Shown: positions 5,531-13,127 of the stretch, in pieces
Position numbering within the stretch: the stretch's first letter is position 1
How the letters are laid out: every line of letters begins with the position of its first letter
Origin: a virus
Direction: 5' to 3' (one strand)
DNA: 13,127 nucleotides
Virus record (IMG/VR): IMGVR_UViG_3300045988_139834
Span: 1-13,127 of that record
The notes under the pieces: generated by a model
The model's input: only the letters and a program-made list of their open reading frames with translations
Databases searched by the model: none
Told to the model about the DNA's origin: nothing
Made by a program: the position numbers and the translations under genes

Positions 5531-5728
5531 ATGGACATTAATTCATTAAGTACAATTTTTGCAAATTTGGGCGTGCCTGTGGCATGTCTCACTGTGACAT
5601 TCTATCTGTGGTATCAGGAGATGCAGTCGCACAAAGAAGAAGTGAGTAAGTTACAGGATGCGCTCAACAACAACACGCTTGTCTTACAGAAACTTCTTGA
5701 CAGACTGGGAGAGGGTGATTCACATTGA
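5531..5728 (+). CDS. Holin-like protein (BhlA/UviB-type architecture)
   Basis: The 65-aa product has an N-terminal transmembrane segment (LSTIFANLGVPVACLTVTFYLW) followed by a charged coiled-coil tail, as in BhlA/UviB-family holin-like peptides. I prefer ATG 5531 with SD GGGTGA 5 nt upstream over the GTG at 5522. Confidence 0.55.
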   Translation: MDINSLSTIFANLGVPVACLTVTFYLWYQEMQSHKEEVSKLQDALNNNTLVLQKLLDRLGEGDSH

Positions 5729-6045
5729 ACATATCAGCAGAAATCATTGCAAAAACATCTGAAAGCGTAAAGGGATATATGCTTCATCCGCACACGGATA
5801 TATACGGCGAATTAAAAGTTGATACCAAAAACCTTGACTTAATGTTACGCGATGCACCGACTTTTGACAGCAATGTGATCGCTTCTATGCCAAAAGGCAG
5901 TACATTTTTTGGATATGGATTTACCGATTCCACCCTTAAATGGGTACTCGGACAGTATACCATGCCGAACGGAAAAATGATTGCAGGATTCGCCCACATT
6001 GACTATCTAATCAGAAAGGAGAATAAAAGACATGACAATGGATGA
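5725..6045 (+). CDS. Free-standing SH3b-like (cell-wall-binding type) domain protein
   Basis: LMLRDAPTFDSNVIASMPKGSTFFGYGF...KWVLGQYTMPNGKMIAGFAHIDYL follows the bacterial SH3_3 pattern (LNVRsgPs..skvig.l.kG..v......W.kv...nGk.GwvhssYL). The TTG start overlaps the holin stop as TTGA, with SD GGGAGAGGGTGA upstream. Confidence 0.5.
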   Translation: MNISAEIIAKTSESVKGYMLHPHTDIYGELKVDTKNLDLMLRDAPTFDSNVIASMPKGSTFFGYGFTDSTLKWVLGQYTMPNGKMIAGFAHIDYLIRKENKRHDNG

Positions 6046-6538
6046 TATTATCGCACTCGCGGGTGCGGGATTTACGAAAAATGACATTATTTCATTAATT
6101 AACACCACGCCAGCACCAGCACCAGCACCAGCACCAGCACCAGCACCAGCACCAGCACCAGCACCAGCACCAGCACCAGTGGTACAGCCAAACATGGGAA
6201 TGCCGCCAGTACCAGTAGGAGCTATGGCGCAGCAGGTAGTCACACCACCTGAGTTATTACAGGATCAGCTTACAAGTCCGTCAACAGCAGGACAGGCCCA
6301 GAGTCAGTTAGTTGATTATGCTTTTCAGCAGGGGGGTTACAGTGGGATGCCGACTCAGAGCGTGACGGGTAGACAGTTATCAAACAATGACCAGTTGACA
6401 AGTTCTATTAATGCTCTGACAAGAGCTGTACAGGCGAATGGGATTTCACAGAATTTAATGAGTGAGAGTCATGTACCGACTGTCGATGAAATGACAGCCG
6501 CTATTATTAATCCACCTAGTGTAATGAGAAAGGGGTGA
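6032..6538 (+). CDS. Candidate scaffolding protein with (Pro-Ala)11 linker
   Basis: The 168-aa ORF lies immediately upstream of the capsid gene, the position of phi29 gene 7. SD AAAGGAG is present. The product is Q-rich and low in complexity. The assignment is positional only. Confidence 0.4.
   Translation: MTMDDIIALAGAGFTKNDIISLINTTPAPAPAPAPAPAPAPAPAPAPAPVVQPNMGMPPVPVGAMAQQVVTPPELLQDQLTSPSTAGQAQSQLVDYAFQQGGYSGMPTQSVTGRQLSNNDQLTSSINALTRAVQANGISQNLMSESHVPTVDEMTAAIINPPSVMRKG
6110..6179 (+). repeat. Perfect hexanucleotide microsatellite (CCAGCA)x11 plus CCAG
   Basis: Counted directly: 11 identical CCAGCA units from 6110 to 6175 and a partial unit to 6179. The repeat is in frame and encodes PAPAPAPAPAPAPAPAPAPAPAP. 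Confidence 0.98.
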
Positions 6539-6542
6539 TATA

Positions 6543-7736
6543 ATGGGTTCTGAGAGTTCAATTAATAATTCGAAACCGAGTGTCTCAAATTTCAGTTCAT
6601 CTGCTATTTTGAATGAAATTGTTAAACAGGCAACAGGAATCAACAATATTGCAAATATTAGTTCGTCATTTATTTCTGTGGCGAATATTGCACTGGGGAT
6701 TTCTGCCGATTCTCTATTAGGGGCTATATCTCAGGTGATTTCCAGAACTGTCTTTTCTATTCGTCCTTACAGTCGCAAGTTTGCAGGACTTTTTGTTGAT
6801 GATATGAAATGGGGCAACCATGTTCGTAAAATCAACATCGGAGATAAAGACTGGGAAACTAACGTTTCCTACGACCTTGTAGATGGACAAAGCATTGACG
6901 CTGATATTGTCAGCAAGCCGGACATTTTACAGACAAACTTTTATGGTCAGTGCGTGTACAGCAAGCACTATACTATATTCCGTGACCAGTTAAATATTGC
7001 GTTACAGAGTGAAGATGAATTTCAGAGATTTTACACTATGTTGACACAGAACATGATGGACATGATTGAACAGTGTCACGAAAACACCTCACGTGCGACT
7101 ATTGCTAATCTTATTAATGGAAAAGTTAAGGGCGATGCTAATAACGTTATTCACTTAGTCACAGAATATAACGATGTGACAGGACTCGCACTTGACAGTG
7201 ACACAGTGAAAAAACCAGAAAATTTTGTACCATTTTACAAATGGGCATTCTCAAGAATCAAGACAATATCCGGTCTTATGACAGAAAGAAGCCTGCAATA
7301 TCACATAAATATTACAGGACACAATATCATGCGTCATACACCTGTACAGAATCAGAGATTATATTTGTACGCGCCAGAAATGAACAATGTAGAAAGTTCC
7401 GTATTTTCCAGTGTGTTCAACGAACAGTATTTAAAAATGATGGATTATGAGGGTGTTAATTTTTGGCAAAGTATTAAAACTCCTATGGGAATTAAAACTA
7501 CTCCTAGTTATTTATTATCGACCGGTTATGTTACAAGTGAAAGTGAAGAAGTAGCAACGTCAAACATCTTCGGAATCCTCATGGACGAAGAAACGGCAGG
7601 AATCACTACATACGGTGAGAGAACAGCAACCACGCCATATAACGCCCGTGGTGAGTATACAAACGTGTGGTTTCACTTTAATGATCGTTATTGGAATGAT
7701 TTCACTGAGAACGCTGTTGTGTTTTTACTTGACTAA
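6543..7736 (+). CDS. Major capsid protein (phi29 gp8-like, without the C-terminal Ig-like domain)
   Basis: TNFYGQCVYSKHYTIFRDQLNIALQSEDEFQRF matches recalled gp8 [30 protein letters not shown]. The C-terminal NARGEYTNVWFHF...NAVVF matches gp8 NPRGLYWNYYYHV...NAVAF. SD GGGGTGA is present and a terminator follows. Confidence 0.85.
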   Translation: MGSESSINNSKPSVSNFSSSAILNEIVKQATGINNIANISSSFISVANIALGISADSLLGAISQVISRTVFSIRPYSRKFAGLFVDDMKWGNHVRKINIGDKDWETNVSYDLVDGQSIDADIVSKPDILQTNFYGQCVYSKHYTIFRDQLNIALQSEDEFQRFYTMLTQNMMDMIEQCHENTSRATIANLINGKVKGDANNVIHLVTEYNDVTGLALDSDTVKKPENFVPFYKWAFSRIKTISGLMTERSLQYHINITGHNIMRHTPVQNQRLYLYAPEMNNVESSVFSSVFNEQYLKMMDYEGVNFWQSIKTPMGIKTTPSYLLSTGYVTSESEEVATSNIFGILMDEETAGITTYGERTATTPYNARGEYTNVWFHFNDRYWNDFTENAVVFLLD

Positions 7737-7749
7737 GTTTTCTCCTATG

Positions 7750-7774
7750 GGGCGGGTGTTATGCCCGCTCTTTT
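7750..7774 (+). terminator. Rho-independent terminator after the capsid gene
   Basis: GGGCGGG-tgttatg-CCCGCTC forms a 7-bp stem including one G.T pair, followed by TTTT (7771-7774). Confidence 0.75.
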
Positions 7775-7779
7775 AATTA

Positions 7780-7797
7780 ATGTTTCACGTAAAACAT
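7780..7797. promoter_or_regulatory. Second copy of the palindromic motif (ATGTTTCACGTAAAACAT) upstream of the tail knob gene
   Basis: It matches the site at 3953-3968 at 15 of 16 aligned positions (GTTTCACGT[G/A]AAACAT). It lies between the capsid terminator and the SD GAGGTGA. Confidence 0.5.
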
Positions 7798-7810
7798 ATG
7801 AGGTGATATT

Positions 7811-9214
7811 ATGAGTTTCAACGTTGAGTTTTTCCGGGTGGCAAAAAGAAAAAATTCCACTTTTGTACCAGAAACTAAAGACGTTACAAGAACAGAAATG
7901 TGTACTATTAAAGAGGGAACGGGTGTGCTAAATCCTGTTATTACTATCGCAAATTCTTCCGCATCTTTTAATCCGTCAGGATGGAACTATTGTCATATTA
8001 GTACATTTTCACGATATTACTGGATTAGTGACTGGAAAAATGAGGATAATTTGTGGACTGCCCAGTTGAAAGTTGATGTTCTCGCGTCATATAAAGATAC
8101 CATTAAAGACTATAACTACTATGTGGTAAGGTCTTCTACTTCTTTTGATGGTGGCATTGCTGACGCTCTTTATCCGAAAAAGCCACAGGTCAACAGGCAA
8201 ACTGTGACTGGCAATCCGTTATGGCAGATTGAACAGGGATTTGACGTTGCGGGTTCTTATGTAGTAGGTGTTGTAAATAAACAGGGACTTTGCAATTATT
8301 ATGCTATGAATCCGGCAAATTTTAAAAATTTTGCCAATGCAATATTCGGCAATATTAAGTGGATGATAGGGGACGGAATTTCGGGAGTGTCTGACAATCT
8401 GGTACAAATAGCTGTTAATCCCGCTCAGTACATTACGTCAGTGACATGGTTTCCATTCACGCTCGGCGGAACGCAAATGTCTGGTATTTCTATTGGTTGG
8501 TGGGATGTCACGGGACTGACATTATATAAGCTAGATGATGACTTATGGAAAACAAAAGAAACTTCTGTCACTCCTACATCACATCCACAGTTAGAACGCG
8601 GCAATTATCTTAATTGTCAGCCATATAGATATATCAGAGTATATATTCCACCTTTCGGCTGTCTCACTGTTGACAGTGGAAAAATAAGAGATGGTGAAAG
8701 TATCAAAATAAGTGCAGACGTAGACCCACGTACAGGTCATGCATTATGTCGCGTATCAGTTGATAATACTGGTGGTGGAAATGAGTTACTCGGAATCATG
8801 TACTCCAATATTGGCGTTTCTATTTCAACCAGCGATATCAAAACCAATTTCTCAAACGTAATATCAGGTGCAAGCAACGCATTAGGTTCACTATCTAGAC
8901 TTGATATTGGTGGCTTTGCAAAAGGAGTTGCGAACAGTGCTATGGCTGTAGGTTCGGCAGAAGTCTCTACAAAAGGCGGTCAGGGGTCAACTATCGGTTT
9001 GACTTCCTATGTGTATTGCTATATTGACTGTATGTTATTAGTTGATGAGGACAGAGCGGATAATGGTAGACCGTATTGTAAAAATAATAAATTCTCAGCA
9101 CTCGGAAATGGTTATTATGAAGTTGAGAATGGTAGTACCCCTCTGTCTGGAGCATATCAAAATGAAATTGATGAGGTTAAAAATTTTTTGGAAAGCGGGG
9201 TGTATTATGCGTAG
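7811..9214 (+). CDS. Tail knob / distal tail tube protein (phi29 gp9-like)
   Basis: RYYWISDWKNEDNLWTAQLKVDVLASY matches recalled gp9 NKWFYAFVTELEF...VHFEIDVLQTW. CQPYRYIRVYIPPFG matches gp9 MYPYCVTEITDFKG. A Gly/Ala/Ser-rich segment lies near the C-terminus, as in gp9. SD GAGGTGA is present. Confidence 0.7.
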   Translation: MSFNVEFFRVAKRKNSTFVPETKDVTRTEMCTIKEGTGVLNPVITIANSSASFNPSGWNYCHISTFSRYYWISDWKNEDNLWTAQLKVDVLASYKDTIKDYNYYVVRSSTSFDGGIADALYPKKPQVNRQTVTGNPLWQIEQGFDVAGSYVVGVVNKQGLCNYYAMNPANFKNFANAIFGNIKWMIGDGISGVSDNLVQIAVNPAQYITSVTWFPFTLGGTQMSGISIGWWDVTGLTLYKLDDDLWKTKETSVTPTSHPQLERGNYLNCQPYRYIRVYIPPFGCLTVDSGKIRDGESIKISADVDPRTGHALCRVSVDNTGGGNELLGIMYSNIGVSISTSDIKTNFSNVISGASNALGSLSRLDIGGFAKGVANSAMAVGSAEVSTKGGQGSTIGLTSYVYCYIDCMLLVDEDRADNGRPYCKNNKFSALGNGYYEVENGSTPLSGAYQNEIDEVKNFLESGVYYA

Positions 9215-9863
9215 TTATTACAATGAGGGCAGAGGAACGGCTCTTATCTTCTATCTGTTAGGAAAACAGCAAGGCGGGGGCACAGTACCACCAATTACAC
9301 CGGCAGGTGAATGGAAAACCATTGTTACCGACACAACCTCGGGTTATCTTTCGCAGTCAGACATGGAAAGTAATGCCACTATTATTTGGGACTATTTCTA
9401 TCAGAAACTCGGATGGAATGTTAACAGTGTTGCGGCATTACTCGGAAACATGCAAGGCGAAAGTACTTTGAATCCGGGTCTTATTGAGGTTGGTGGTGGT
9501 ACTACATCGTCAGGAGCAGGACATGGACTTGTACAGTGGACACCCGCTTCTGATCTTTACAAAGTGCTTGACGTTTTATATGGTGGTCACGAAGACTGGT
9601 ATGACGGGAATAAACAGCTAGGTGTTATCTACGCAGAGTATCAGGAAAGTGTAGGTGAAGCACACAGAGGTATCGAACCTCAGTGGTATAAGACTACAAA
9701 ATATCCATGTGATTTCAGACAGTGGGCGTTTAATCAGCTTAACTACGACCTGGAAAAATTAACCTATGCTTTTGCGGCAAATTACTTGCGTCCAGCTGTA
9801 GTAGAACAACCACAAAGAGTCACATATACGCGTCAGTGGCTTAATTATTTTTTAAAGGGGTGA
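9207..9863 (+). CDS. Tail-associated peptidoglycan hydrolase (phage tail lysozyme, phi29 gp13 N-domain-like)
   Basis: AALLGNMQGESTLNPGLIE...GHGLVQWT is the GNxxxES..NP...E...G.GLxQWT signature of the phage tail lysozyme family. I chose the start at ATG 9207 with SD GGGGTG. The longer ORF from 9042 lies inside the tail knob gene. Confidence 0.75.
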   Translation: MRSYYNEGRGTALIFYLLGKQQGGGTVPPITPAGEWKTIVTDTTSGYLSQSDMESNATIIWDYFYQKLGWNVNSVAALLGNMQGESTLNPGLIEVGGGTTSSGAGHGLVQWTPASDLYKVLDVLYGGHEDWYDGNKQLGVIYAEYQESVGEAHRGIEPQWYKTTKYPCDFRQWAFNQLNYDLEKLTYAFAANYLRPAVVEQPQRVTYTRQWLNYFLKG

Positions 9864-9867
9864 GAAA

Positions 9868-10791
9868 ATGATTAATTATTTGAATAATTGTGGTGTGCCT
9901 GTTAATTATGACATGATTAATTTATACACCTCTAGTTATTCACCGTCTACATTGCATTGCAAAAACACTCAGTTATATTCATATTTTCTGAGGTATCTGC
10001 TTCAAAAATGTATGTCTGTGTTCACATGGGAGTTGCCAGAAGAATGGGATAAGAATTACTTCTTATACACGTTATACTGTTGGGGTTTTTTATGCGTGTT
10101 TTACACCGACAAGTATGGTGTGATTCCGCAGGCATGTGGTATACAGGGTTATAATATCTTTTATCAACCGACTCAAGTTAATATTGCTAATCCATTATTA
10201 GTAGGTATTAACACAAGGACTATCAACAAGGATTGCGTAATTATAAGATTACAACCAGACTGGCGTGGTGTAATGGACATATGTTCTTACTACGCAGACA
10301 ATATGGCATTAACTGCTGAAACTTGTGAAATTAACATCGCTAACAGTAAGTTAGCATATATGTTTGGCGTTGATGGAAAAGTACAAGCGGAGTCCTTGAA
10401 AAAAACGTTTGATCAAATTATGGCAGGAAATACCGCGGTATATTATGGAAATAATCTCAGACGAAGAGATTCTATGGGAAATACTACTGAACCATGGTCA
10501 ACGTTCGCGAATAAATTGCGGGATAATTTCATAGCACCAGATTTACAGGACACTCTAAGGAGATGGGAAGAAATGTTCTGTAATGACGTTGGAATTCCTA
10601 ACGTACGGTCGGACAAGAAAGAACGGCTGATAACTGCTGAAGCTGAGAGTAATAATTTCGAGACACAGAGTAAGTGTGATTTGTGGCTTGAAGAATTACA
10701 GAAAAGCTGTAATAGAATTAATAATATGTTTGGTGATCGACTTAGCAGTAGAGTGTGGGTTGATTGGAGAAAGAGTGAAAAAAATGTGTAA
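9868..10791 (+). CDS. Head-tail connector / portal (upper collar, phi29 gp10-like)
   Basis: The product is 307 aa against 309 aa for gp10. [23 protein letters not shown] matches recalled gp10 [53 protein letters not shown] matches gp10 [29 protein letters not shown]. Confidence 0.88.
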   Translation: [307 protein letters not shown]

Positions 10792-10848
10792 AAATAACTA
10801 TTGCTATTGTAGTGTATGCAGATTTGACAAAATAAAGTGGGTGAGTGT

Positions 10849-11514
10849 ATGAGTTCTTATATTTCAATTATAGGTCTTCTAAACTGGGACGAGACTATAA
10901 TCGACAGCACATTTCTTGATGTATTTATCTCATTGTTCGAGACTGAGATAATTGCTATGAATATGCTGAAACGCTTAGAAGATTTAATTGTGTATGAGTG
11001 TGGTGAGTTAGAGGTTACTTTACCTAATCCGACATTTTTCAAAAGAATCGTAAAAAGTTGGGCTGATAACCAGACAGAAGTGTGGAAAGCGTACTATTCC
11101 GCACAAAAAGCTGTAGACGTTGACTCAAGTAATATATTGTTAGGTGGCACACAGGAAGTGTTGACAGGAAAAGACGGAGCTTCAAGTACTAGAGCATTAG
11201 AGCGTGGTGGTAATACTTCAATACAGCATACCGGTAATAACGTTGTTGACACCTCAGTATTTGGATTCAATGAGAGTGCCGCAAAACCAAAAGATAATAC
11301 CGTGTCAACAGATGATTTTACAGATACTAATAATGTTAATCTGTCTGATAATGAAACATTCAAAAATGATGTGACTAGAAATCAGACAAAAACATTTACG
11401 GATTATGGAAAATTTTTTGACATGGCTAGTAAATTTGACACACTGTCAAGAATGAATGTAATAAATAAAATTGTATATGATTTTAGAGATAGATTCTGTC
11501 TTAGTGTTTATTAA
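10849..11514 (+). CDS. Candidate lower collar / tail tube adaptor protein (positional analogue of phi29 gp11)
   Basis: The ORF directly follows the connector gene. I prefer ATG 10849 with SD GGGTGAG over the GTG at 10837. No motif recognised. Confidence 0.4.
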   Translation: MSSYISIIGLLNWDETIIDSTFLDVFISLFETEIIAMNMLKRLEDLIVYECGELEVTLPNPTFFKRIVKSWADNQTEVWKAYYSAQKAVDVDSSNILLGGTQEVLTGKDGASSTRALERGGNTSIQHTGNNVVDTSVFGFNESAAKPKDNTVSTDDFTDTNNVNLSDNETFKNDVTRNQTKTFTDYGKFFDMASKFDTLSRMNVINKIVYDFRDRFCLSVY

Positions 11515-11528
11515 CAGGAGGTATAAAT

Positions 11529-12860
11529 ATGGTATTCTGGAATAAATTTCCTTTTACAAATTTTCACGAAATGAATCTGGACTGGTTAATTGCTACCATG
11601 AAAGAATTAACGGACGGTTTTAATGTTCTTGACAATAGTGTTAAACAGCAGTTAAAAGACTTCAACACCACAATGACTAACACGCTCACTTCTCAGAATA
11701 CGAAGATTAACGACTTTGTTAATAATTATGAAGCGAAAGTTAATGATATTCCGAATCAGGTGTTGAAAGACGTTAGAATTGTTATGCGTGACTATGAAAG
11801 TGGTGGTGTTTTTCAAGAAATTATTGAAGACACATATGGAGCAGTCAGTTATCTTAATGATATGCAGGATAAGAATATCGTTATTTTAGGTGATAGTCTT
11901 ACAGATGATAGCAGGAGTGTGTCGTGGGTTAACGAATTTAAAAATATTACTACGGGAACTGGAATCACTGTATTGAGTTATGCTAAAAGTGGCGAAAAAA
12001 TGCAACAGCAGGCTGACAGATTTAATACATGTGCTGTTAAGCCCGATATCCTGTGGATATGGTGTGGAATTAATGATGTACGTGATCAGACAAGTCTTTC
12101 CGCGTTAAATTCTGCATTAAATCAGATACGCACCAAAATACAAACTCTTAATCCATCTTGTCAAGTGTATTTAATGAGCACGTATAAAAATAAACGTGGT
12201 ATGAGTTCAGACTGGATTATTCCTCAAACTGCATATTGGCGATATATGTCGCAATATGCCATTATCAATGGGTGGACTTTTATAGACGGTTTTTCCAGTG
12301 CACCAGTTATCACACCGGAAACATCTAAAATGAAAAGCAGTTTCTATTCCGAAACAAACGGTCAATATTTACATTATACGGCGGCATACTCAAAAATTCT
12401 TGCAAGATGGATTCTAAATTGTATGATTAATCAATCTCCTGTCCCCCTCGGAGATTATAAAGAACTTGTTCCCGCGGCTAACTTTTCAGCAAAAATCAAT
12501 GCAACCTCTAAGTTTGTACCTAACAGTGGTGGTACATTCTGTGAATTCGGAACACATATGGTTCATGTAAGATTAGTGGGTGCTTTCACGCCAGGCTCTA
12601 ATAGTCCGCAATACACTAAAATTTGTACGTTGCCAGAATTTTGTAGACCAAAACAGACTTTAGGACATGAACTTGCTTTTCGTGGTGGTGGTATTGGTTC
12701 TGATGGTGGTCAGTATGTAGTTCCTGTTTATCTTGATGCTGATGGTAGTGTTTATTTTTATAACAGGTCATTGACATTAGAAAGTTTCACTTCGGCCACA
12801 TTGTCATGTGATATTTATATTCACGACCTTAAAACTGATTGGGAGATAACAGCTTCCTAA
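11529..12860 (+). CDS. Tail appendage / receptor-binding protein with an SGNH (GDSL) hydrolase domain
   Basis: Block I is IVILGDSLTDD. Block III is WIWCGINDV. The block V region is GQYLHYTAAYSKILARWI. The N-terminal FPFTNFHEMNLDWLI looks like a virion-attachment segment, and the C-terminal 140 aa or so looks beta-rich. SD AGGAGGT is present and a terminator follows. Confidence 0.7.
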   Translation: MVFWNKFPFTNFHEMNLDWLIATMKELTDGFNVLDNSVKQQLKDFNTTMTNTLTSQNTKINDFVNNYEAKVNDIPNQVLKDVRIVMRDYESGGVFQEIIEDTYGAVSYLNDMQDKNIVILGDSLTDDSRSVSWVNEFKNITTGTGITVLSYAKSGEKMQQQADRFNTCAVKPDILWIWCGINDVRDQTSLSALNSALNQIRTKIQTLNPSCQVYLMSTYKNKRGMSSDWIIPQTAYWRYMSQYAIINGWTFIDGFSSAPVITPETSKMKSSFYSETNGQYLHYTAAYSKILARWILNCMINQSPVPLGDYKELVPAANFSAKINATSKFVPNSGGTFCEFGTHMVHVRLVGAFTPGSNSPQYTKICTLPEFCRPKQTLGHELAFRGGGIGSDGGQYVVPVYLDADGSVYFYNRSLTLESFTSATLSCDIYIHDLKTDWEITAS

Positions 12861-12865
12861 ACGTT

Positions 12866-12892
12866 AGGGTGACTTCGGTTGCCCTCTCTTTT
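12866..12892 (+). terminator. Rho-independent terminator of the rightward late operon
   Basis: AGGGTGAC-TTCG-GTTGCCCT forms an 8-bp stem with a UUCG loop, followed by CTCTTTT. It is a diverged inverted copy of the left-end terminator. Confidence 0.75.
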
Positions 12893-13127
12893 CGCGAGTG
12901 AGTTAGTTGGAACTAACTTTGTTCCCGTCTAAGTTAAATGCTACTAACTCATGGGCGAAGCGACCGGAGGGAGCGAAGCCATTTCGAACATATGTTTCGT
13001 GTGCGTTCGCCGCGGACAGACTGGGTGGTTTGTGTTTATCTACCGCGGACAGAACTGACGAGCTGTGTCCGTCACTCGCGTACATTTTTGGGGAATTGTC
13101 CGTCACACACGGACATGTATATACTTT
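12889..13127. repeat. Right inverted terminal repeat (ITR)
   Basis: Reverse complement of 1-239, as described for the left ITR. It ends exactly at the window edge, which implies the window is a whole linear replicon. Confidence 0.95.

Noticed and set aside
6110-6179. Whether the tandem repeat is a CRISPR array or a regulatory iteron block.
   Set aside because: The units are 6 nt long with no spacers. They are in frame within a well-supported ORF and encode a Pro-Ala linker. This is a coding microsatellite.
6007-6243. A minus-strand ORF with a (GA)n translation, together with other antisense ORFs inside late genes (for example 3575-3805, 3706-3891, 5018-5254, 5784-5999, 8219-8407, 10857-11042 and 11094-11363).
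   Set aside because: Each is the antisense shadow of a plus-strand gene that has an SD, and several of those plus-strand genes also have recognisable motifs. The (GA)n run is simply the reverse reading of the CCAGCA repeat.
9042-9206. A longer version of the lysozyme ORF starts at 9042, inside the tail knob gene.
   Set aside because: ATG 9207 has a GGGGTG SD and overlaps the tail knob stop in the way the other genes in this operon are arranged. The upstream 55 codons lie wholly within another well-supported CDS.
1-13127. The terminal inverted repeats plus a pPolB gene could indicate a transposon-like element (casposon or polinton-like) or a linear plasmid rather than a phage.
   Set aside because: There is no integrase, transposase or Cas1. 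The element instead carries a full phi29-type virion module: gp8-like capsid, gp10-like connector, gp9-like tail knob, gp16-like ATPase and tail lysozyme.

Overview
The window appears to be a complete linear genome of about 13.1 kb from a small phi29-like (protein-primed, picovirus-type) podophage. The host is probably a low-GC Gram-positive bacterium, judged from AGGAG/GGTGA Shine-Dalgarno sites, TTGACA-17-TATTAT promoters, a BhlA-like holin and an SH3b domain. Both ends carry a 239-bp inverted terminal repeat with 2 mismatches, beginning 5'-AAAGTA. A leftward early operon (3420 down to 403) encodes a 77-aa protein, two ORFs too short for the ORF track (a 27-aa membrane peptide and a 57-aa ribbon-helix-helix regulator), a candidate terminal protein, and a protein-primed family-B DNA polymerase. 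A divergent promoter region (3421-3601) starts a rightward arm. That arm encodes a possible p6-like protein, a possible p5-like SSB, a gp16-like packaging ATPase, a holin-like protein, a free-standing SH3b protein, a scaffold candidate with a (PA)11 repeat, and a gp8-like capsid protein. It continues with a gp9-like tail knob, a gp13-like tail lysozyme, a gp10-like connector, a lower-collar candidate and an SGNH-hydrolase tail appendage. Matching UUCG-loop terminators sit just inside each ITR. The most interesting item is a structured non-coding element of about 90 nt (5406-5497). It lies directly downstream of the packaging ATPase gene and directly downstream of a near-consensus promoter. Its fold is a three-way junction with the same topology as phi29 prohead (pRNA) packaging RNA, including a 4-nt bulge/loop complementarity. 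All homology calls rest on motif recognition and sequences recalled from memory, not on searches.
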